A stretch of 64,000 nt of DNA from Pseudomonadota bacterium (lineage in GTDB: Bacteria; Desulfobacterota; Desulfobacteria; Desulfobacterales; RPRI01): assembly GCA_043825875.1 (NCBI GenBank), contig JBDRRF010000079.1, positions 64,001-128,000 on the forward strand, given 5' to 3'. This document shows positions 57,545 to 64,000 of this stretch, one piece after another. Every line of letters begins with the position of its first letter. The first letter of the stretch is position 1. The notes beneath the pieces are model-generated. The model worked only from the letters and a program-made list of their open reading frames with translations, searched no databases and was not told where the DNA came from. Made by a program: the position numbers and the translations under genes.

Positions 57545-58384
57545 TTACTTTGAAAACCCATAAAAAAGTTGTTTTCCTGAAAGCTTGAAATCATTAATCA
57601 GCTTTTGAGTAGACGGCTTTGACATCCAGTTTGAGAATTTTGCGGCCAGATCCGATTTAACATTACTGCATCTTTGTGGATTCACCTCGATAACGCTGTA
57701 AATATTTTTAAGCAACTCATCGCCTTCAACAAGAATTTTTAACGGAGGATTTCCCTTCATTGTGTCTTCGTATTTTATATAGGTTCCACGATCCGTAAGA
57801 GTATATCCGTTTAATTCCGCCGCCATATTTATAGAAGAAAGCATCCCCTGGCCCGACTGTACATACCAGCTTTCTTTATCAGGAACTACAAGCTTGCTTT
57901 CTTTCCATAATTTCTTTTCAGCCTTATGTGTTCCCGATTGATCACCTCGGCTCACAAACTTTTGCGTTTTTTCTAAAATCGCATTCAAAGCTTCCTTAAC
58001 ACTTTTACCCGTGATGCCTGCCGGATCCGATGCAGGACCAATTATTACAAAGTCATTATACATAACAACATTGCGATTTATGCCAAAACCATCGGCTACA
58101 TATTTTTTTTCAGCATCAGGCGCATGAACAAGAAGTACATCCGCATCGCAGTTTTCACCAAGCTTGAGCGCTTTGCCGGTCCCGGTTGCAACCCACTCAA
58201 TATCAATTCCTGTCTCTTTCTCAAAATATGGTTTCAGGTAGTCTAACAAACCCGTATTATCGGTGCTTGTGGTTGTGGCCAAGCGCAGCATGCTGGCATC
58301 TTTTCCCATAACAGGACTGCAAAATACAAGAGAAAAAACAGCAATTGTTGCGATCAAAAAAACTCCAAAATTACGTTTCATCAA
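57545..58384 (-). CDS. tupA: Tungstate ABC transporter substrate-binding protein
   Basis: ATTTSTDNTGLL, GTGKAL, VHAP, MYNDF, SRGDQSGTH, DRGTY. Confidence 0.92.
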   Translation of the reverse strand: MMKRNFGVFLIATIAVFSLVFCSPVMGKDASMLRLATTTSTDNTGLLDYLKPYFEKETGIDIEWVATGTGKALKLGENCDADVLLVHAPDAEKKYVADGFGINRNVVMYNDFVIIGPASDPAGITGKSVKEALNAILEKTQKFVSRGDQSGTHKAEKKLWKESKLVVPDKESWYVQSGQGMLSSINMAAELNGYTLTDRGTYIKYEDTMKGNPPLKILVEGDELLKNIYSVIEVNPQRCSNVKSDLAAKFSNWMSKPSTQKLINDFKLSGKQLFYGFSK

Positions 58385-58430
58385 AATCCTCCTTAATAGT
58401 GTTTTTATTGTTCAAACTAAAAATCTATGC

Positions 58431-59342
58431 CTAACTTTCTATAGGAAATACCATTTTCCCACTTAAGCTTGTATCGTAACCTTCAAACTGATTTGCAGCC
58501 TCCCGGAATGAATCTTCATGCAATAAACCTAAAAACAGTTGTACCCCCTTATCAAAAAATCTTTCCTTTCGAATAAGAAGATCATAGCGTTCCCACCGAA
58601 GTGGAATAAAATCAAGTCCCAAAAGAGAAGCCACAGATCGGATGCAGGCAGCAGCATCAGCCCGCCCCGTCAATACTTCAATGCCAGCATCAATATGTCT
58701 CGATACCTCATTATCGTACCCTTTAATTTTCCCACAATCTATACCGGCTTTGCTTAACTCCCGATCAAAAAGCAGTCTTGTACCGGTTCCAAGAGGCCGG
58801 TTTACAATACAAACTTTAGGCATTGCAAGATCAGCTATTTTTGAGATTCCTTTAGGATTTCCCTTTTGAATTACAAGCCCCTGCTCACGCCTGCAAAAAT
58901 TACAAACAGCAGGCATATCACCAAGTTCCTTGGATGCAAAATTAAAATTATAGTCATTTTCATTTTCTTCAAGCAGATGACTTGAAGCAATGTGGCACAT
59001 ATTTTGCCGAAGGGCTCTAAGCCCCCCCATGCTGCCAAGGTTTCCAAAAACGGCCACATTATCAGGATAAAATTTATTGAAAAGCACTAAAGATTTATCC
59101 AAAAGCAGGTCATTACTCCCTGATACTATTAGCAGTCCATGGTAAGGAGGAAGGGTATTGGCAGGCTCCGGATAGTTAATTGTACTGTTTTCTACCCACT
59201 GTTCTACAAGATGCTTGGGAAAGAGCCATTTGCCTGTTATTTTTGTAGCCGGAAGCCCTTTTTCAGTAATGAGAGCATAAACCATCTTCTCATTAATTCC
59301 AAGAAATTTGGCTATTTCTTTTGTTGATATCAGTTCTTTCAT
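58431..59342 (-). CDS. Excisionase-type HTH + PBP-domain regulator (molybdate/tungstate, TaoR-like)
   Basis: N-terminal STKEIAKFL…LPATKITGKWLF; GSND, GSMGGL, REQGL, NRPLGTGTR, ERYDL; heads the tup operon. Confidence 0.75.
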   Translation of the reverse strand: MKELISTKEIAKFLGINEKMVYALITEKGLPATKITGKWLFPKHLVEQWVENSTINYPEPANTLPPYHGLLIVSGSNDLLLDKSLVLFNKFYPDNVAVFGNLGSMGGLRALRQNMCHIASSHLLEENENDYNFNFASKELGDMPAVCNFCRREQGLVIQKGNPKGISKIADLAMPKVCIVNRPLGTGTRLLFDRELSKAGIDCGKIKGYDNEVSRHIDAGIEVLTGRADAAACIRSVASLLGLDFIPLRWERYDLLIRKERFFDKGVQLFLGLLHEDSFREAANQFEGYDTSLSGKMVFPIES

Positions 59343-59365
59343 ACAAGATGCCCTCCTTATAGTAA

Positions 59366-59396
59366 CTATAAATTACCCAAAATGGCTATAAATTAC
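59366..59396. promoter_or_regulatory. Direct repeat CTATAAATTAC x2 (20-bp period), candidate operator
   Basis: Exact 11-bp repeats at 59366 and 59386, just upstream of the regulator RBS. Confidence 0.5.
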
Positions 59397-59506
59397 ATCT
59401 ATTGCCTTAGCTGTTATAAGTCAATATTTTTGATACATTGTTTGACTTTTTTCCGGTCTGCTATTATTCTAATATGAAAATAAATTATGGGGAATAATGG
59501 TGAATA

Positions 59507-60019
59507 ATGATAAGTAAAAATACGATATTGGCTGTTGACGATGAATACTTCATGCTTGATTTGATTACACGCTGCCTTGCCAATGAAAAATATAAAATAC
59601 TAACAGCACAAAGCGCTGATGAAGGATTGCGCTTATTAAAAGATAATAACATCCATCTTGTAATAAGCGATCAAAGAATGCCCGGAATGTCCGGATTGAC
59701 TTTTTTAACTAAAATCAAAGCACACTATCCTGATATTATAACTATAATACTAACCGGATATGCTGATATCGAAACAGTACTTGAAGCAATTAATTCAGCC
59801 GGAGTCTATAAGTTTATGGTAAAGCCTATGAATATGCTTGACCTGAAAATAACCGTTCAACGCGCTTTAGAATTAAGACAAATGATTATAGATAAAAATA
59901 TTCTTTCAAATAAAATTATAGCTTACGAAGCAAGGCTAAAAGAGTTAGAAAGGATGCACCCCGGCATAACAAATTACGAAAAAGATCTGGATGGAAATAT
60001 AATTCTTGATTTGGAATAA
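59507..60019 (+). CDS. Response regulator (receiver domain + coiled coil)
   Basis: LAVDDE, VISDQRMPGMSG, LTGY, KP. Confidence 0.92.
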   Translation: MISKNTILAVDDEYFMLDLITRCLANEKYKILTAQSADEGLRLLKDNNIHLVISDQRMPGMSGLTFLTKIKAHYPDIITIILTGYADIETVLEAINSAGVYKFMVKPMNMLDLKITVQRALELRQMIIDKNILSNKIIAYEARLKELERMHPGITNYEKDLDGNIILDLE

Positions 60020-60032
60020 ATCATTAGATATA

Positions 60033-61139
60033 TCAGTTAATTAATAGCTTTCTTATCATCTTGCCGGGCAAAGTTTCAACTGCCTTTAAAGCTCCTTCAG
60101 GACAAACCTCAACACAGCAGTAACATCTGATGCATTTTTCATAATCAAAAGATATTTTCTCTTTGTCATGCAAAATAGATGCAGCCGGACAGTATTTCCA
60201 GCATTCGCCGCATAACTTGCACAAACTGTTATCAGCTAATGGCCTTTGGATAAAATGCCTTCTCATCGTTTTTTGAACAAATCCGGGCCCAATGATCAGC
60301 GGATTGCGGGACGGAAAAACAAAATTGTTTATCGGCTTAAACTCACCTGTAATACTAATATCATTTTCGACCAGTCCCATATCTTTTGCAACTTTATTTG
60401 TAGGAAGAATATCAGGCTCAATGCCAAGCATTTTGCATATTGAAATATCCACGCTAAATGCGCTTTTGCCGCCGGTAAGCATACCTAAATAGCGCGGAGT
60501 ACCGCCTTTTCCAGGCCCCTGCCCTTCCATTCCCAGTATGCCATCAACAATTGTTGCCTGCGGGCCGACCGCTTTGTGTATACGCACAAGAAGAGTTGCA
60601 AACATATCCCTGTCGATCCCACTTCTTAAATGCCATTCCGATTTTTTCATCCCCACTATACATCCGAATAGATTTTTAACACCAAGTGTAAGCAACATCT
60701 GGGCGTGGGCTTTAAGTTTTGCAATATTAATAATATATTCGGCTTCCATTGCATCTTTTGAAATATCTATAAAGCCGAAAGGCTCTCCGATATCAACCTT
60801 TACCGATGTTTTAAAAGCCTTAAACTCTATATCAAGTCCTTCAAAAGCTCTTTTATACCCACCGTCTTTCAATATTTTATCAAACAGGCCCACAGCAGGG
60901 CTGTCCGATATCTGCACCATTGCTCCTTTTTCAAGAATGTACTCTGCTGCAGCTTTTACTACTAAAGGATGAGTGATAATTGCCGTTTCAGGTTTTGCAG
61001 GAGAAAGCATATTTGGTTTTATAAGAACTTTCATGCCTTTTACTATTGATACACCGCATATCGAATCAAGCATATCAAAAACAACAGGCTTTAATATATC
61101 GTAATCATATTCAGCTTTCCTGAAAATGACTTTGTTCAT
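60033..61139 (-). CDS. DUF362 protein with 2x[4Fe-4S] ferredoxin domain
   Basis: VLIKPN, THP, KLKAH, TLGVKNLFG, MEGQGP; CKLCGECWKYCP and CIRCYCCVEVCP. Confidence 0.88.
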   Translation of the reverse strand: MNKVIFRKAEYDYDILKPVVFDMLDSICGVSIVKGMKVLIKPNMLSPAKPETAIITHPLVVKAAAEYILEKGAMVQISDSPAVGLFDKILKDGGYKRAFEGLDIEFKAFKTSVKVDIGEPFGFIDISKDAMEAEYIINIAKLKAHAQMLLTLGVKNLFGCIVGMKKSEWHLRSGIDRDMFATLLVRIHKAVGPQATIVDGILGMEGQGPGKGGTPRYLGMLTGGKSAFSVDISICKMLGIEPDILPTNKVAKDMGLVENDISITGEFKPINNFVFPSRNPLIIGPGFVQKTMRRHFIQRPLADNSLCKLCGECWKYCPAASILHDKEKISFDYEKCIRCYCCVEVCPEGALKAVETLPGKMIRKLLIN

Positions 61140-61248
61140 AGTACAATCCTTCCAAAGAAAAATAACTTCTATTCTTGCTAAATATATCTTTATTTAATAT
61201 AGTTTATACAAACCTTATAGCGCAAACTTTTTTAATCAATTTATTATA

Positions 61249-62187
61249 ATGAAAAAGACTACCCCCCATAAAATTTCAACTCGCGGATATTATTATGTTG
61301 TTATAGCAGCAATTTTATGGGCAATTTCAGGCTCATCATCCAAATATTTGTTCATTTCGGGAATATCTCCTTTTCAGCTTGTTCAGCTTCGCATAACAAT
61401 CTCAACAGGATTTCTTTTTATTGTACTTTTCATCTGGCGTCGCAACCTTTTGCGAATAGCATCAAAAGATTTTTTCTACTTTTTATTCTTAGGCGCTGCT
61501 GCAATGGCTTTAGTCCAGTTTACATATCTTTATACAATAAGTAAAATCAATGTAGCCGCAGCCATACTCATGCAGTATCTTGCGCCTGCTTTTATAACTC
61601 TATATTTAGTTATCTTTGAAAAAGAAAAACTTCACAAAGCAACAGTTATAGCTGTTTTTGGGGCTATAATAGGATGTTATTTTGTAGTCGGAGCTTATAA
61701 CCTTAATCTTTTTGCTTTAAACAAAGCCGGAGTAATATCCGGCATATTGTCTGCCGTTTGTTATGCATGGTATTCGATCTCCGGAGAATACGGAATGCGA
61801 AAATACGACCCGCTAACGGTAGTATTCTATTCGCTTTTTTTTGCCGCAATTACCTGGAATATATTGCATCCGCCTTTTAAAGCTCTTTTCAATGCATATT
61901 CTCCTGGTCAATGGGGATTAATTATTTATATAGGAATCTTTGGTACCGTTATTCCTTTCAGTCTGTATCTTGAAGGAATAAATTTAATCCGATCCACTCG
62001 TGCCGCCATAACCGGTACACTCGAACCCATTACTGCTGCCGGCATTTCATATCTTTTATTAAATGAAACTCTTGATCTATTGCAGATTGCCGGAGGAATA
62101 CTGGTATTAGCTTCTATAGTACTGATGCAATTTAAGGTGCAATATGATGACAAGATTCCGGACCTTATCAGGACAAAGAAGAAGTGA
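61249..62187 (+). CDS. EamA/DMT family transporter
   Basis: Multiple TM segments in two repeats, LQYLAP-like and LEP motifs. Confidence 0.88.
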   Translation: MKKTTPHKISTRGYYYVVIAAILWAISGSSSKYLFISGISPFQLVQLRITISTGFLFIVLFIWRRNLLRIASKDFFYFLFLGAAAMALVQFTYLYTISKINVAAAILMQYLAPAFITLYLVIFEKEKLHKATVIAVFGAIIGCYFVVGAYNLNLFALNKAGVISGILSAVCYAWYSISGEYGMRKYDPLTVVFYSLFFAAITWNILHPPFKALFNAYSPGQWGLIIYIGIFGTVIPFSLYLEGINLIRSTRAAITGTLEPITAAGISYLLLNETLDLLQIAGGILVLASIVLMQFKVQYDDKIPDLIRTKKK

Positions 62188-63401
62188 ATACTATAGAAAG
62201 CACAAATTCTCTTTCAAAACGAATTAAACGGCATGTAACCGGCCGCAAAAAATCTTTTTTCGCATCCACAGCCCCAGGCATTGAATCCGTTTGCCACGCT
62301 GAACTACAAGATGAACTTAAAGATTTTTTATCTCAAAACCTGCCTACACAAAATACCTTTGTTGAAGATAAAGGAGGTATTCATTTTGAGGGTCGCATAC
62401 CGGACTGTTATATCGCAAATCTTTATCTTCGCACAGCAAACAGGATTCTTATGCGGATAGAAGAATTTAAAGCTACAAATTTTATGCAGCTCGAAAAAAA
62501 ACTTTCCCAATTACCATGGGAGCTTTATCTGCCTGCAAGCACAAATTTTCTACCTGAGATAAAAGTATCTGCAAAACAGTCCAGGCTCTATCATAAAGAT
62601 GCCATATCTCAGGTTTTTACAGACAGCATCAGTAAGCGTTTCACGCAAAATACTATATTGCTAAAGGATTCTTTATTAGCGCAAAAAGTTTTTGTACGTG
62701 CTGTAAATGACAGGTTTGAAATATCAATCGATAGCTCCGGAGAACTTCTTTACAAAAGAGGAATAAAAACCCACATGGCAATAGCTCCTTTACGGGAAAC
62801 AATTGCCGCTGCAATTTTAAAATTGTGCGGATATGATGGAAATGAACCCCTGATAGACCCCATGTGCGGCTCCGGCACTTTCTCAATTGAAGCAGCCATG
62901 ATAGCTCAAAACATTCCTGCAGGCATCTTCAGAAATTTTGCTTTCATGGAGTGGCCTTGTTTTACTCCTAAACGCTGGGCATATATAAAACGAGAGGCAG
63001 AATCGAAGATCAATAATATTTCTACCCCTTCTATCTTTGCATCGGATATAAATTCAGAAGCCTGCAATTTATTGTCTTCCTGTATAAAGCAGTATGACTT
63101 TCTTAAAATGGTTGAGGTTGTCCAAAAAGATTTTTTTGATCTTTCTTCTTCTGCTTTCAAAGGACATACAGGTCTTATAGTTATTAATCCGCCATACGGG
63201 AACAGAATAGGAAGCCAAACTGAAGGCATAAAACTATTTCAAAACATGTGCAATAAACTTAAAAAAGATTATTCAGGCTGGAAAACCGGTATCATAGCAT
63301 CAGACATTGATCTTATAAATAACCTCCCTTTCAAACTGAAATCTCAAACTCTACACCATGGCGGCCTTAAAATATACTTGCTTTATGGGAGAATAGTGTG
63401 A
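62184..63401 (+). CDS. THUMP-domain RNA methyltransferase (RlmL-like)
   Basis: LRTANRI, DSSGELLYKRG, APLRETIAA, DPMCGSGT, NPPYG. Confidence 0.88.
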   Translation: MNTIESTNSLSKRIKRHVTGRKKSFFASTAPGIESVCHAELQDELKDFLSQNLPTQNTFVEDKGGIHFEGRIPDCYIANLYLRTANRILMRIEEFKATNFMQLEKKLSQLPWELYLPASTNFLPEIKVSAKQSRLYHKDAISQVFTDSISKRFTQNTILLKDSLLAQKVFVRAVNDRFEISIDSSGELLYKRGIKTHMAIAPLRETIAAAILKLCGYDGNEPLIDPMCGSGTFSIEAAMIAQNIPAGIFRNFAFMEWPCFTPKRWAYIKREAESKINNISTPSIFASDINSEACNLLSSCIKQYDFLKMVEVVQKDFFDLSSSAFKGHTGLIVINPPYGNRIGSQTEGIKLFQNMCNKLKKDYSGWKTGIIASDIDLINNLPFKLKSQTLHHGGLKIYLLYGRIV

Positions 63402-63567
63402 AGAGATGAATACGCACAAAATCCCAGATTTCAAGCATTCACTTGTATTGTTTTATGTTGACACGCTAATAAGAAAATGGTCTTATTTTATACCAAAACT
63501 TATTTTGACACAGTGCGAATCAATTTCATAATCAAAATAAATTGGGCTAAATACTTTTGGAAGCTAA

Positions 63568-64000
63568 GTGCAACTACGATTATTACAAATAACCTTACCG
63601 CATGAGGTTAACTGGGATATCTCGGGCCTTATCTCGGCTAATGATGTTGTTGCCTCCTGGCATGACAACAGCCCTCATAGTCACCTCGTACTCCACCTGA
63701 TTGTCCCTGCAGACCAAACCGAACCGATTATGGAAGAAATCGAAAAAAGGTACGGCTCACATCCTGACTTTCGAGGAATCATTATACCAATAGAAGGCAT
63801 ATGGCCGCGCATCGAACCTGATGCTCCTCCAACCATCAGCGCATTTCAACCAAAGCGCAACTTATTAGGTCAAAGGGTAAGTCGCGAAGAGCTCTATGCT
63901 AATGCCATCGATAGCTGTGATATTACTGCCGGCTTTTTGCTTTTGGTTGCTTTGTCATCCGTGGTTGCAGCAGTTGGCCTCACTCGAGACAACTTAGCCG
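63568..64000 (+). CDS. TIGR00341/DUF389-type membrane protein (partial, runs off window)
   Basis: Manual translation VQLRLLQI…RVSREELY…FLLLVALSSVVAAVGL..DN. Confidence 0.75.
   Translation, partial: MQLRLLQITLPHEVNWDISGLISANDVVASWHDNSPHSHLVLHLIVPADQTEPIMEEIEKRYGSHPDFRGIIIPIEGIWPRIEPDAPPTISAFQPKRNLLGQRVSREELYANAIDSCDITAGFLLLVALSSVVAAVGLTRDNLA

Overview
This is an AT-rich bacterial chromosomal window. The gene content (bzdN/O-like genes, tungstate tupABC, DUF362 ferredoxin) points to a sulfate-reducing Desulfobacterales-like deltaproteobacterium, which is an inference. Housekeeping blocks are the polA end, rsmE, tRNA-Phe, pyrE, the ftsEX-envC-ctpA-yibQ-rfbCD operon, msrAB, recB/recD and tupABC. 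Two integron-type regions interrupt them. (1) A complete integron at 2176-8376 has an N-terminally extended IntI, an attI-like GTTAGGT core and about five cassettes, and ends where a RAYT transposase truncates the last one. (2) An integrase-less, decaying attC array lies on the minus strand at about 37470-41390, with further cassette-like remnants at about 34500-35900. The standout is one integron cassette (6399-8174, complementary core sites GTTAGCT/AGCTAAC). It carries a 67-aa Cys/Trp-tailed peptide gene (…GICCDGLCWSN) enclosed by a perfect 23-bp inverted repeat, followed by a radical SAM/SPASM enzyme, so it looks like a two-gene RiPP system mobilised as a single cassette. Other features are two related ~145-bp MITE families with 4-bp target duplications (one splits a gene), GTAG-type REP palindromes, a promoter-plus-terminator candidate sRNA/leader upstream of pyrE, and an ADP-ribosylglycohydrolase with five ~57-aa internal repeats. 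No CRISPR array or rRNA was seen. Family assignments come from motif recognition by eye; no database searches were run.
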